DNA of 62,689 bases, filler included, from Vannella sp. (lineage: Eukaryota), in NCBI GenBank assembly GCA_023345925.1. It is 4 parts of 4 records of this genome, joined end to end, with 100 filler letters (N's around TTAATTAATTAA, not from the genome) between each part and the next. Parts side by side here need not be neighbours in the genome. Positions count along the whole stretch, not along the records: positions 42,494 to 62,689 come from JAJQQN010001236.1; 3 more parts are not named here. One strand, 5' to 3'. Below are positions 46,025-57,773 of the stretch, piece by piece. A program made the translations under genes and the position numbers. The notes under the pieces are model-generated. The model saw only the letters and a list, made by a program, of their open reading frames with translations, did no database searches and was not told where the DNA came from. Each line of letters begins with the position of its first letter. Within the stretch, counting starts at the first letter, position 1.

Positions 46025-46103
46025 GTTCATTCGCAAAGCAGCGCTATAAAGGAACCACCCCAAGCCCTAAAGCTCTCCTCTTGTTCTTTCGTTCGTGGAG
46101 CAT

Positions 46104-46517
46104 TTAGTAGATGTGAACGATGTTGTAGACAAGTCTACCTTCCCGGTTAGCTTGTCATTGGGAGGGTAGAGCGGCCACTCACGTCCAGGTGAGTACAAAA
46201 GTGGAGATTCCTTGGGAAAGGCCGCCTTTCCAGAGGTAGGAGGGCTCCATCAAGTACTCTGACGTTTGAAAGCCCATCTTTTGGAACAATGCGAGCGAAT
46301 ACACAAGAGAGCAGGCCAAGTAGAAGAAGAACCCAAGAAGACCACTCAACCCGAGGATCCCCGCACTGATCCCGCTCACACCCCCCACCCAGATCCTCCT
46401 AAACGCCCCAACGCGATCCCCACACCATCAATCCTCCAGCTCCTCCTCCCCCCACCAGACGCACCCAGAATCAATAATCCGCGTGTTCTTGGCCAACATG
46501 GTGCCATCAACGCTCAT
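46104..46517 (-). CDS. EMC6: ER membrane protein complex subunit 6
   Basis: GISAGILGLSGLLGFFFY..GLSQGISTFVLTWT|LVYNIVHIY*; two introns. Confidence 0.9.
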
Positions 46518-46598
46518 GCTTGGCGGGTGATAAATGACCCATTCCATTGATGAAATCTATAAATAGAGGCGAATTCATTTATTGCGGTGCCAGAGGAC

Positions 46599-46991
46599 AT
46601 GTCCACGGATAAGAGGAATCGCTCTCGCCGGGAGCACCGTCAAGCCTTTGAAGACGAGAAGCAAAGACGTATCCAAGAAGAGGAGAGTTTGGAGGAGCAG
46701 GAGAAGGTGGACTATGAGAAGCGACGGGAAGAGGCGAAGCAGCAGGCGGAGGAGGAACGTCAGCGCCTGGTCTTGGAGAAGATTAAGATCGACCAAGAGG
46801 CAGAACGACAGCGCCGTATCATTGAAGCACAACAACAAGAGTATCAAGAGAAGGTGGAGAGCTACCAACGACAACTTGCTGGCATTGACGCTCAAGAAGC
46901 CGAGCGCCAACGCCGTGTGATGGACTCTGCCAACATCATTGCCATGCTTAAAGCAGAGGTTGATGCGCAGAACACTGCATCTCCGCAATAG
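46599..46991 (+). CDS. Small coiled-coil protein
   Basis: E/Q/R-rich ORF with ATG 46599 and TATAAATAG at 46558-46566. Confidence 0.55.
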   Translation: MSTDKRNRSRREHRQAFEDEKQRRIQEEESLEEQEKVDYEKRREEAKQQAEEERQRLVLEKIKIDQEAERQRRIIEAQQQEYQEKVESYQRQLAGIDAQEAERQRRVMDSANIIAMLKAEVDAQNTASPQ

Positions 46992-47143
46992 AGGAGCGAG
47001 GACTATCGTTCTTGTGATCTAATGGTCATTCATCTGTTTATTGAGGTAGAGCGGGGTCAGTTGCACCAACAGAGACAAGCAGAGGTTGGTGCAATTAGAT
47101 TAGGTGTGATAAGTATAGTACAGCGGCCCCCTCAAGGGTACGT

Positions 47144-48075
47144 CTAGAGGCGGGTGAGCTTGTCCTCTTCCACCTTCTCCAGCCGTCTACCAAGCTCTTC
47201 TCGCTCATTCTGGCGGTAATCAAAGTCGCACTCATGCTTGTCGCTGTAGCGATGGATGGCACAGAAGACGTACTTGCACTTGCAAGCGAAACCGAGCAAT
47301 CCCACTCGCTTCTTGCATTCCCAACAGTGCGTCTTGTCCTCTTGAAGTGGCTTCACTACTGCAGGCGTATCGGGCTCCTTCTCCTCTGGCTCGGAAACTT
47401 CCTTCTTCACTTCGTCCGGGTCCTTGATGAGGCCCAACTCTTTGAAACAAGAGGAGCAGTAGCCTCCATTGTTAGATGATCTAGGGCTCGGTGAGTCACT
47501 CCAAGATATAAAGCCTTCTTAGAGGGGTCTCACCCATAGAACCCGCAGTTATTCAAGCACAACTCGGCAGGTGTGGCAGGCTCGGGTGCTTTTGTGGCCT
47601 TGGCAACGGGTTTGCCTTTCTTTTGGGTCATAAGGAACGTTGCGCTACCCTTGGATTCCAGTTGCTTGATGCTGCTCAGAGCCTCCTCATCGGCGAGTGT
47701 TTTCCCTCGAAAAGCCAAGCGGAGGTCTGCAGAAGGGATGCCTTGAAGCTCCTCAATCTTGCTTTTGAGTTGTTCAATGGTATCAGATAGCTCTACATCC
47801 AAGTCAAAGGTGGGGCCCTTGCCCATACTTTTGACTGTGATCTGGACACCTCCTTGGCACGACAGGCCGACAGAAACAACCGAGCTTGGTGCGAGGCTAC
47901 ATTGTCCCAATGTCCAGTAGTCTTGAAGATATCTGTTGCTACACTTGAGTAGTAGTTGTCCTGGTACCCCCTCTATCTCCGCAATCCTCTCCTTCAATTG
48001 AAGTACACTCTCCTCCTCCGTCGTTGTTACAACGAAAGTCCCCGCACAGAGACCTTTCACTACCACCTGAAGCAT
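47144..48075 (-). CDS. Ubl-Ubl-A20-AN1 zinc-finger protein (SAP/ZFAND-like)
   Basis: Two ubiquitin-like domains (LKERIAEIEGVP; DTIEQLKSKIEELQGIPSADLRLAFRGKTL), A20 finger LCLNNCGFYG..YCSSCFK, AN1 finger CWECKKRVGLLGFACKCKYVFCAIHRYSDKHECDFDY. Confidence 0.88.
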
Positions 48076-48184
48076 TCCACTTCCCATCCTGTCAGCCCCA
48101 CGACACCCAAAGAACATCAAACAGACCTCTTCTGCACAGGGCCAAAAAATAATGACGTAATGAGGTGGTTCGGGTTACGTCATT

Positions 48185-49125
48185 ATGAGCGCTCGCTTGT
48201 CTGTGGAAGAGGTCAACTTCTCGCGTCTGCTGCGCACGACAGAGAAAGCGCTCGCACGCTATCAAGAGGGAGAGTGGGGAAGAGAGGACGAGGGAAAGGA
48301 GGAGGAGCGGAGATATGTGTTTCAAAGTGGACGGGGACGCGTTTCCCTGCCGATTCAGGTCATGTTTGAGAGACCATTAGCCACACTCTCTTCTTTGTGG
48401 CATCATTTGGCTGCAAGTGAGAGCGCTGGTGACTTGGGGAACCTCAAACGCCTTCATGGCGGCCCTCCTCCTTCAAAGATGTCTCTGGCTGCGTACAAGA
48501 ACAAACTAGATAGCCTGCTTCAGTCCTACGACTCCGTTCTTGTCAGTGAGCAAGCTACCTTTGAAAGGGATCACCCTGATACCATCACGAACGTCCCAAA
48601 GGAACCAGGCACCTCGATGAGACCCTTGGCGCATCCAGTGGAGGATCCACATGGCTCTAGAAAGATCTCTGTGGTCTCTGAAGTCCTTCTCGCTGAGGAG
48701 GAACTGTTTGAGGGACAAAACGGCGGTTTGGACCCTTTTGGGATGGGCCTCTCCGTGGAGGAGCTCATAAAGAAGCACCGGGAGCTACAAGAACAACTCA
48801 CGGAGGAGATCTTGATGATGGTCTCCGCCTTGAAGGAGACCAGCATCCAGTCGCTCGAGATAGTTCGCGAGGACAACTCGCGCTTGGAGACTGTGGAGCA
48901 AGAGGTTGCTGAGAACATTGAAATGGTGCGTTTATCCTTATGTCGGCAGTCTCGTGATCGCTGACGGGAAGGCAGATCGTTACGGAGAATCAGGCGCTGA
49001 AGAAGCAAAAGTCTCGTTCCAATTGGATCTCTTCAGCATTGTGGAGTGTAACTCTCGCTGTATTTACAAGCTTCTTCATCATGTACTACCTCATACGCTT
49101 CACAGGAGGGCGGATCATCCTATAA
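48185..49125 (+). CDS. USE1: Qc-SNARE USE1-like
   Basis: N-terminal EVNFSRLL, SNARE coil HRELQEQLTEEILMMVSALKE, C-terminal TM LWSVTLAVFTSFFIMYYLIRF after an intron near 48926-48975. Confidence 0.8.
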
Positions 49126-49328
49126 AACCAGTTAGTCTCTTGAAGCCACTAAAGGTAGCAGGAGGAGGCTCAGAAAGAACACAGCGAGTGTTGAATCAAC
49201 ATAAAGTGAATGTGAATCTTCTGTAGAATGATCTCATCACGGCCTCCTCCTGTCCAGAAGTCACTCACCACCAAAGGACGACAAAAAATGAAAGTTTCGG
49301 CAAATAATTACGCACTTGGGTCCTTCTC

Positions 49329-50441
49329 ATGGAGAGCGCCAGCAACGAGGACTACTTTCGCTCGTATGAGGACATTGCGGTGCATGAGTTGATGATTAAG
49401 GATGCTCCGCGGACGGAGGCGTACCGGAAGGCGATCGAGGAGGACCCAACGCTGCTCCAAGGCAAGGTGGTGATGGACATCGGGGCGGGGACGGGCATCC
49501 TTTCCTTGTTTGCTGCTCGGGCGGGAGCAAGGAAGGTTTATGCGATAGAAGCCTCTTCTATGGCTAAAGTAGCACGCCAGATCGTCCAAGATAACTCGCT
49601 GGGGAGTGTGATCGAAGTTATTGAGAGCCGTGTGGAGGATCTTCAGCTTCCTGAGGGAGAGAAGGTCGATGTGATCATCTCTGAGTGGATGGGCTTCTAT
49701 CTTCTTCATGAGTCGATGCTTAACAGTGTCGTCCATGCTCGGGATCGCTTCCTTAAGCCTGAAGGGAGAATGTTTCCAAGTTCGGCACAGATCTACGCCG
49801 CCATCGTGTCCATGGACGCCTTCTACGAGGAGAAGGTTCACTTCTGGCAGTCTGTGTATGGATTCAACCTCTCCTCTGTCGTGCCCCTAGCCCAGCGCGG
49901 CGCTTTGGCCACAAACGTGGTGGTGGACATCTCTTCGAGCCAGGTCTTGAGCACGCCCTTCCTCCTTGCTGATCTGGACCTCCAAACGGTCAGAATGGAG
50001 GATCTGGAGCATCTACATGAGGAAGCCTTCTTCTCTACGACCCACGCAGGCACTTTCCACGCGTTCTGTTTGTGGTTTGACGTGGGCTTCCCTTCTGTCG
50101 AAGGGCGGCCTCCTGTTGTCCTATCAACAGCTCCAGATAGCCCCAGTACTCATTGGAAGCAGTTCATCATCTCAATGCCTGAGCCAATGAGCCTGGAGAG
50201 TGGAACCTGTGTGGAAGCCACCTTCAACCTCACCCAAGACACGGAGAACCCGCGCTTTTACAACGTTTCCGCCCAACTGACCAACGTAGAAGCCCCCACA
50301 GACGAGTCCATGAGTGACACTACCTCCGCGTATGTCCTACCCGGCCACGAACCTCAATGCGAGTGCGCCAAGTGCCAAGTCGCCCGCGCCTTCCTCCTCC
50401 AAGCGGAGCTCGACGAAGAGGTCGACTTGGACATCAGCTAA
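49329..50441 (+). CDS. Protein arginine N-methyltransferase (type I-like)
   Basis: YFRSY, VMDIGAGTGILS, SEWMGFYLLHESML, THWKQ. Confidence 0.93.
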   Translation: MESASNEDYFRSYEDIAVHELMIKDAPRTEAYRKAIEEDPTLLQGKVVMDIGAGTGILSLFAARAGARKVYAIEASSMAKVARQIVQDNSLGSVIEVIESRVEDLQLPEGEKVDVIISEWMGFYLLHESMLNSVVHARDRFLKPEGRMFPSSAQIYAAIVSMDAFYEEKVHFWQSVYGFNLSSVVPLAQRGALATNVVVDISSSQVLSTPFLLADLDLQTVRMEDLEHLHEEAFFSTTHAGTFHAFCLWFDVGFPSVEGRPPVVLSTAPDSPSTHWKQFIISMPEPMSLESGTCVEATFNLTQDTENPRFYNVSAQLTNVEAPTDESMSDTTSAYVLPGHEPQCECAKCQVARAFLLQAELDEEVDLDIS

Positions 50442-50502
50442 TGGCTCCCTCTATAAAAGGCTTTCTGGAAGAAGCTTGGCAGTCATTGGGTTGGGTCCGG
50501 CC

Positions 50503-51458
50503 ATGTTAAGGGCCTTGCTCATCACCAACAACGCGGGTCTGGTGATCTTTTACAAGTCCTGGGTGCCTTTGGGGCTTCCGGATGAGGTAAGGGAGTGGAG
50601 TTAGTGAGTGGGATCTGATGGGAAGGTGTAGGAGAAGGAGCTAGTCCGTATGGGCTCGGTATTCCGCACCGTGCAAGAGCAGGCACTTCAAAGTGCCTTC
50701 TCCGCGCCCGTTTACATCGAGTTTCAAAGTGTAGCGACCAGCTTTGTGTTTAACGAAGAGAGCAAGCTACTATGCGTCCTTTTACATGATGTAGAGGAGG
50801 TAGGAAGGCCTCTGTTCTCTCTCAAGCCGACTGATCTTGTTGGCGAAGGGAAAAGAGTTGGGTCTCCTCTTGGCAGGCGAGATCCTTCGCTGCTTCATCT
50901 CTGAGTATCAAGCGGACCACGACTTCAATCGAATGATCCAAATGGAGGCTTTCCAGTCCTTCCACCAGAAGCTGCCGGATGCCATCCACGGCGTTGTTCA
51001 GCGTATTCTCCGCAACCGTACGTTGACAGGGCCTGAGAGTGATACCTATAGGGACTCACACATCTGGATAGTCAAGCAGACGCGTGGAGTACGAGGAGCC
51101 ATGTTCAAGGGCGAGAATAACAGCCAGATCGCTTGCAACATCGACAATGTCGATGAGATCGGCATTGCTGCCAACCTGTCTGGAGTCATGGACGCTGCTT
51201 TGGACATCAGTAAGTGGAAGAGACCCCTCTTGGCCACGAACTGACTTGCAAGAAGTGCAAACGAAAGGAGATTCCGTGCAATGGGTGTCCCTCACCATGT
51301 CTTCCTTCCTCGTATTCATTCACCGTTTCGGGGAGTCCTCTTTGGTCACGCTGTGCCGGACAAACGTGGCGGGACAGAAGTATATTGGCGAGATCGAGAA
51401 CTCAGTAATGCTTCTCGGCAAAGTCTCGGAGCTCCTTTGGAAGCTGCAGGGCGTCTGA
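50503..51458 (+). CDS. Longin-like domain protein, multi-exon
   Basis: MLRALLITNNAGLVIFYKSW is a typical longin N-terminus; short introns link the ORFs at 50650, 50837 and 51084. Confidence 0.6.
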
Positions 51459-51522
51459 AGCGCTCTTTTGTACCATAGAACCTTTCTTATAATCAGTTCA
51501 ACAGAGTTTTATTGTCAGTCAT

Positions 51523-54324
51523 TCAGTCAGTCGCTGGAGGAGGGCCGTACAGGCGAAGGCGGGATAGACCACCACAAGGGTAGATCTTGACTAGCAAGTG
51601 GGTCCATTGGGCGCTTTGTAGGTCATCTGATACTTCAATCAGCTGCTCTTCATGAGGAACTAGCCCACGAGGGAGCACGAGACTCTCCCAGTGCACAGAA
51701 GAATCAAAATAGTTCTCGAGAGTGAGTTGGGCGGGATGGCGAGTGCCTTCAATGGCAATAGCACGGGGAGAGTTATTCTTAAAGTGGAACGTGTCCACAA
51801 CGATCTTACTAAGGGAGCCCTTCGCATTCAAACGGACAACCGCCCAATTGCAAGATTGGTAAACGCTCGTCTGCAAGTCAAAAATGTCCTCTTTTCGGTC
51901 CAAACGCATCCGGGCGGTTTCCCAGCCGTCACCCATGTTAATGCCACGTCCGGGGCGGAGAATGTTACTTGGAACGCTGTACTGGGTGTTGCTTCCTGCA
52001 ATGACGGCTGCGTCTCTTCCTCCGTATTCGTACAGCTCTGGGAAGACGAGAGTGGGCGCCTCTGGGGATGTGGGGAGATCAGATTGAGGAGCACCAAGGA
52101 GGCTCGAGTCTGCCTGCGGCGGGACAAAGTTGGGAGGAAAACCGGGTGTTTTGGGGACCAAGGAGAAATACTCTTCCATCTTTGCATTCCAAATGTCATC
52201 GTGCTGCTCCTCCGACTGGTCAGTGATGCTGTCTCCTACAAACTCGCCAAAGAGCTCCAGGCGAGCAAAGCCCCCATCAGGATACTGGTTGAGGCGGACT
52301 ACTTGGACAATGGGTTGTTGTTGAGTGGCAAAGTAGTTACGTGAGTTATCCTGAAGCACTACAGGGGGCACTAAGTCCACCCATTCCTCTTGCCAGCGAT
52401 TATGTCGCAATGTGACGACAAGTCCCAATACTGCTCCCCCTTGTCCAGCGTTCCCGCTAAAGTGTGCAGTGTCAATATTCACTCCATAGATTCGAGCAGG
52501 GCGTTGAAGCTTGATGGTGGCATAGTCTGGAGGGAACATATTGTGGCGTCGAGTCTCCCAACCATCAAAAACTTGTCCTTGTGGCCCGAATGACTTGGGC
52601 CGGAAGACAGGAAAGTCCTTCTTACATAGAGAAGAAGCAGGCGCAAAGCTTTCGTTGGTAGTAAAGAGTATCTCTCCTCCCACAGCCACATTTGGTAGTT
52701 GGAGGAAAGGAAGCTCTGGGCGGCGGAGGAACCGTTGAAGGCGGCCCGGTTCACCAACAAAGGGTGAGATAAGGAAAGGATAAACAATGCAAGAGGTTTG
52801 GGAAGAAGAGTCTGGTGCCGCTTCACTCTCTCGTACAAACCGTTTCATCAATGTGAATGAATCGTCGTAGGCAAGCTTTGTTTCGAGCGTCCTTGTGACT
52901 TGTACGCCCCCGACTCCGTGACAAATACGATGGAAAACTTCACTGAGGATGTGAGTGGCGAGTGAGAGATCAAGCACCTTCCTCTCCAGGTTCTTCAAGA
53001 CAATAAGATACTTCCCTCTTACAAGGCGTTGCATCTTGTAGCGGGCGGCTTCAAAGTAATGATAATTGGCGTTTTCAACCAACTCGCCACTCACTTGGAA
53101 GTCAAAGTGGGAACGGCCACACAAGAAGAGTGCCAAGTACTGCAGGCCAAACAGCATTTCGTGTTCTACCTCCTGGATTGTAAGAACAGCGCCGGTCTCT
53201 TTTGGTTGAATCGATAGCCGGGAGGCACCTTCAAGCGGGGATTTCCAAGAGGAGTCGGAGGGAATCTCTGCAGATACGATGAGATTAATCAGCTTCTCAT
53301 CTCGAATGGCTGTTCCATCCCATCCACGGGACAGCAGAGAGTCATTCTCTGCTTTAACGGAAGACGCAATAGAGGAAAGCACGCCCGAATCCACTGAAGT
53401 CCAAGAAGACAAGTCACTTCCAATGCCAGAATCTCCACAGAAAAGGGGGCGGAGCTTCTTCTCTTGGCACAGCTTCACTATTCCATTCTCTGCCTCAGAA
53501 GTGAACTCCTCAAATGATTTGGGGGGCTCCTGCGGCGCAGAAGTCAGGTACAGCGGCTCTCGAGCCAAAGAAATGGCAATAACTTGTCCTTGGAGCTGTT
53601 CAACAACGACTGGGAGGTGTAAAAAGGTCTCAGCACTATCTACAATCACACCTAATCGAACAGACTCGACTAGAGCCAGTCTACTCTGCAAATAAGTCAC
53701 TATTTGAAGGACTCTGGAGGCGTCCGACTGGGAGCGCAGCCCGCTGACATGAAGCAGATCCGCGCGGTTCCTTTTCTGATACAGGTAGTACAAAGAAAGG
53801 CAGAGGGTCACGAGGAAAGCTGGGACAGGGCGCCCTTCAACGAGAACGTGGAAGTTGGGGACTTGAATGGGCTCAAGGACCACTTGAATGGAAGCCTGGG
53901 GATCCTCTGATTGTCCCAGAACCCATTGGAACGCCTTTGTGTACTCTGGAAGGGTGGTAGGACAGGAAAAGTCCATGATAAGGCGAGTCCCTTTGGGGGG
54001 AGGGGACGAGGGAAGACCGGAAGGGTCCACGATGAGGGCAAAGGAGCTTTCTCGTTCCACAAGAGTGGGTGTGGGGTTCAAACTGGTGACAGATGAAGGT
54101 TTAGCTGGAGAGGAAAGAGATTGGTCATGCAAGAACGCTTCTTTGACCAGGGCGAGGACTTCTTCTCCCAACAGAGCCAGGAAAGCAGAGTCACCACCTT
54201 CCAGAACCACATGGACATCTTCCACCGTACTTGGCATCACAAACTCACTCAAAGGAGAGTCTTTCAACAGGAAGTCGGCCTCAAAGCGCCTCAAACCTTC
54301 TCTTGTCTCCCCTGGCGACGCCAT
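51523..54324 (-). CDS. Allantoicase fused C-terminally to a degenerate malate-synthase-like domain
   Basis: Two allantoicase repeats (DGWETRRHN..IDTAHFSGN..RLNQYPDGGFARL; INMGDGWETAR..VDTFHFKNNSP..IYPCGGLSRLRLYG); N-terminal ~500 aa follow the malate synthase A motif order. Confidence 0.85.
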   Translation of the reverse strand: MASPGETREGLRRFEADFLLKDSPLSEFVMPSTVEDVHVVLEGGDSAFLALLGEEVLALVKEAFLHDQSLSSPAKPSSVTSLNPTPTLVERESSFALIVDPSGLPSSPPPKGTRLIMDFSCPTTLPEYTKAFQWVLGQSEDPQASIQVVLEPIQVPNFHVLVEGRPVPAFLVTLCLSLYYLYQKRNRADLLHVSGLRSQSDASRVLQIVTYLQSRLALVESVRLGVIVDSAETFLHLPVVVEQLQGQVIAISLAREPLYLTSAPQEPPKSFEEFTSEAENGIVKLCQEKKLRPLFCGDSGIGSDLSSWTSVDSGVLSSIASSVKAENDSLLSRGWDGTAIRDEKLINLIVSAEIPSDSSWKSPLEGASRLSIQPKETGAVLTIQEVEHEMLFGLQYLALFLCGRSHFDFQVSGELVENANYHYFEAARYKMQRLVRGKYLIVLKNLERKVLDLSLATHILSEVFHRICHGVGGVQVTRTLETKLAYDDSFTLMKRFVRESEAAPDSSSQTSCIVYPFLISPFVGEPGRLQRFLRRPELPFLQLPNVAVGGEILFTTNESFAPASSLCKKDFPVFRPKSFGPQGQVFDGWETRRHNMFPPDYATIKLQRPARIYGVNIDTAHFSGNAGQGGAVLGLVVTLRHNRWQEEWVDLVPPVVLQDNSRNYFATQQQPIVQVVRLNQYPDGGFARLELFGEFVGDSITDQSEEQHDDIWNAKMEEYFSLVPKTPGFPPNFVPPQADSSLLGAPQSDLPTSPEAPTLVFPELYEYGGRDAAVIAGSNTQYSVPSNILRPGRGINMGDGWETARMRLDRKEDIFDLQTSVYQSCNWAVVRLNAKGSLSKIVVDTFHFKNNSPRAIAIEGTRHPAQLTLENYFDSSVHWESLVLPRGLVPHEEQLIEVSDDLQSAQWTHLLVKIYPCGGLSRLRLYGPPPATD

Positions 54325-54463
54325 CGTCTCCACTCCACCAAACAATGATTCAATAGCAATGAGTAGGAGGGAAAGGGGCGGAAGGAGGGACGACTAGGAA
54401 AAGGGCGGGAAAATGGGGAGGCTCCGTTGCCTGTCTCGAGGGCCATTTGCAGTGTTGGCTTGC

Positions 54464-57400
54464 ATGTCTGACGAGGTAGCGGCGCTTCACTTTAGCTTTG
54501 GACACTTGGAGGGCAAGGGGGATGTCTGCTTCCTGCCGGGGGCGAAGGGGTGAGTGGGTGGATGGCGTGAGGAGTGGCGCTGATGGTGATTAGGCAGATC
54601 CTGTCGTGTGGTGCGGAAGGTTTGATCAAGACTTGGACACCAGAGATCGATGGCGCGCTCTCTGCTGATGCTGATATCGATGATGGACTTGACCATCCGG
54701 TTTCTCTTGTTGTTGCCATCTCCTCTGTACGATTCCCGCTTTAGCGATCTGAATAGATTAAGACTCACTCCATCCTTACAGAAGAAGATCGTCAGCTGCA
54801 CAGAGGATGGCAGGGTGGTCGAACACACCTTCTCACCTGTTCATAAGTCCTGGAAGATGGCTCGAGTGTTGACCAAAGCCACTTCCACTGTGACCTGCAT
54901 GATCTCAATTAGTTCTTCGAGCCAGATAGTCCTTGGAATGGAGGAGGGGAAGCTGCTGAGCCTCTCTTTATCCGATGGATCACAAACACCCTTCTTGCCA
55001 GTTCATCCCGCGTCCATTCTTGCCGTCCAGAAGGATCCCACCCGTGATATCTTGGTACGAGATTATCTCCTGCCTCCAAGTGACTGACACAAGAGCAGGC
55101 AACCTTCTGTGCAGATGGCAGCGTCCGCATTTGGAACCTCAAAACACGCCAGGTTGTCTCTTCTAGTGTGGTGATGACTGACTATGATGTGAAAACGCAT
55201 GGAAATAACGTTGGATTGAGCTGGGGAGCCAATGGCAAGCTGGCAGCCACCACAGGCCCGCTTGGTCAAGTGACCGTTTACGACACAAACGGCGTTGGCA
55301 ACCGTTTGATGAAGGACTGGACAGCTCAGAACAATGACAGGACAATGGTTTCTCATTTGTGCTATTCACCACAGGGCGACTACCTCTGTAGCGTGAGTTG
55401 TGAGGGCGAGATTCTCATCTACTCGTCCCGCACTGGCGAGTCGGTCAAAGAGTCCGCTCATGACTGCCGGTTGTCTGCTGTGGCCTGGAATGGGTCTCCT
55501 TCTGTGGAAAGAGGGCATCAGATCGTGTTCCTTGATACACAGGGCCAGTTGGCTCTCTGGGAAGGAGCTGTGCCTTTAGGTGGACCCGGAGCGGTTGTGG
55601 AAGAGCCAGAAGAGATGTCTGTTGATGAGGAAGATCTCAAACAAGCTGCTCGTCGTCTGTTAAAGCGTGTTGGATCTGTCTTGGACAGCGATGACGAGAG
55701 CGCGAGGGAGGAAGAGACCGAAATGGAGAAGGTCAAGAAGCAAACTGTCGAGGAGGAGGATGAAGACTTGTATGCTATGATGATGGACACTGCCACATCC
55801 TCTAGCCTTCCCAAAACTACTGGAATGACTATGCAGGAGGCCTTCCAAGTGGCTTCAGTGCCAGAACAGAAGCAAATGCAGTGCTTGAACTGGACTCTTC
55901 ACGGGAAGGTCATCGCTACAGTGGAGGAGGAGCGTCGGACGATCGATATAACTTTGAATGACAGTTCAAAGCCACAACCCAAACGCATAACGGATCACTT
56001 CTTCTTCACACGAGCTGCATTGGGCGAAAATGGCGCCGTCTTCTCATCTGAAGTTGACGAGCGAGTTCCTGCGACGGTCTTTTACCAACCATTTGAGACC
56101 TGGACGTCAAACAGTGAGTGGCGAGTCCAGTTGGACTACTCTGAACAGGTATTGGGCTTGGCATTGGGTTCTGGATTCGTTGCCATCGCCACAGACCAAC
56201 TTTCCGTTCGCATTCTGACCACTGGAGGTATCCAATGTGGACTCTTTTCACTTCCTGGACCATTCCTTTGCACTTCTGCTTTCCAGGACAAGTTAGCAGT
56301 CGTTTACCATCGCGCGGCTCCTTTCGGGATGAACCAAAACTTGTCCATTTTGGTTTATGACTTTCAATTCAAGTGAGTCGTCTCATTCTACTCAGGAAGC
56401 TCCAACTCACAGGGTCGTCAGTGCAATCACTTTGCAGCAGGAGCTTGCGTTATCACCCAAAAGTCAATTGCATTGGCTTGGTTGGGATGAAGATGGCACT
56501 GTTATAACAGTAGATGATACTGGCATCGTTCGGGCCCTAGTTATGTCCAGTCAGCCGCTCCTACGTGCCGGGGGGCTGCACACTGCCAAACAATCGGCAG
56601 GAATGTGGACTCCCGTTAGTAACTTGCCTAACCACGAGGACTTGTTCCACTGGGTGGTGGGCTGTACAAAGGAGCAAATGATCTTCTTGGAGTGTACAGC
56701 GGGGGACAGGCATCCTCTCATCCTGCCATCGTTCACTCCTCCACTTTGTTCGTTACCGTTCTCTGCTCCTCTTCTTCCTGAGACTTCTGCCAATGAGAAT
56801 GCCATGTTCGTTGCTCGTTCGCAACTCCAAATGATGCCAGAGTCTGCTGAGCTTGTCGCAAAGCAGCAGCAATTGGACAAAAGCCTTCTGCGACTCTTCC
56901 ACGTAAGAATAGGAATGCGTTGACGGCCATTGGACTCACATCCTGCACAGTCTGCTTGCAACGAAGATAGGCTACAGAAGGCATTGGACTTTGCTCACTT
57001 CCTCAAGTTCCCAAAGGCGTTGGACATTGCCATGCAAGTGGCCCATTCTGCAAACATCACTTCGTTGGCGGATCACTTGGAAGAGGTCAAAGCTGGCATT
57101 CTGGAGCAAGTGGCTCAGCCTTTACTAACAGAGCCTATTTTGAATGACACGCCAGTTAACCATCGAGTAGAGCCAGTCGTAGAGAACGCACTTCCCAGTT
57201 CCACTGAGAAGTTGCGGGATGCGTCCGAGGAGCTCATGGTCAGCGCATCCAAGGTGCGTGATCAGTCTGTGGCTGCTTCAACGAAAGAGGTTGTTCTCTC
57301 TAAGAGTGAGTCTCTTCCGTTCCCTTTGCTCTTCTCTACATGAGAATCTCACACCTTCTAGAAGCGGTCAACCCCTTTGGCAAGCGCGCGGAACCTTCCA

Positions 57401-57513
57401 CCAAAGGAAAGGGACTGTTCTTCCTCAACAACATTGTCGAGGAAGAGAAAGAGATTCTCGGAAAGCGCAAAATGGCGCGGACCGCTCCCGCCACCAAACG
57501 CTCCAAACGGTAG
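54464..57513 (+). CDS. WDHD1: WDHD1/AND-1/Ctf4/Mcl1 replisome adaptor, multi-exon
   Basis: N-terminal WD40 repeats; MQEAFQ..CLNWTLHG, YQPFETWTSNSEWRV, IATDQLSVRILTTGGIQ, LSPKSQLHWLGW, LLRLFH..AC..R..KALD, C-terminal NPF. Confidence 0.85.
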
Positions 57514-57773
57514 AGTCCAGTGTAGTCCATTCCACATACATTTCTATCTTCCTTTCCCTCATGGGAGTATCAAAGACGAGATTCCTTTGTCCTGCTCAGC
57601 TGCAAGTACTGTCCTGCGAGTCCCAAAGGCAGGAATGTCACTTAAGGGTAGAAGAGGAAGGGGCTTTGTTGCTCTCCTTCCTCCTAGCTGGTCTTAGACA
57701 ACTTATGGTAGGTGTGTTGGGGTGGCAGAGCTACAGAGAAACGTTGAGGAAGGCCATTTGGTCTTGCGCAAGG

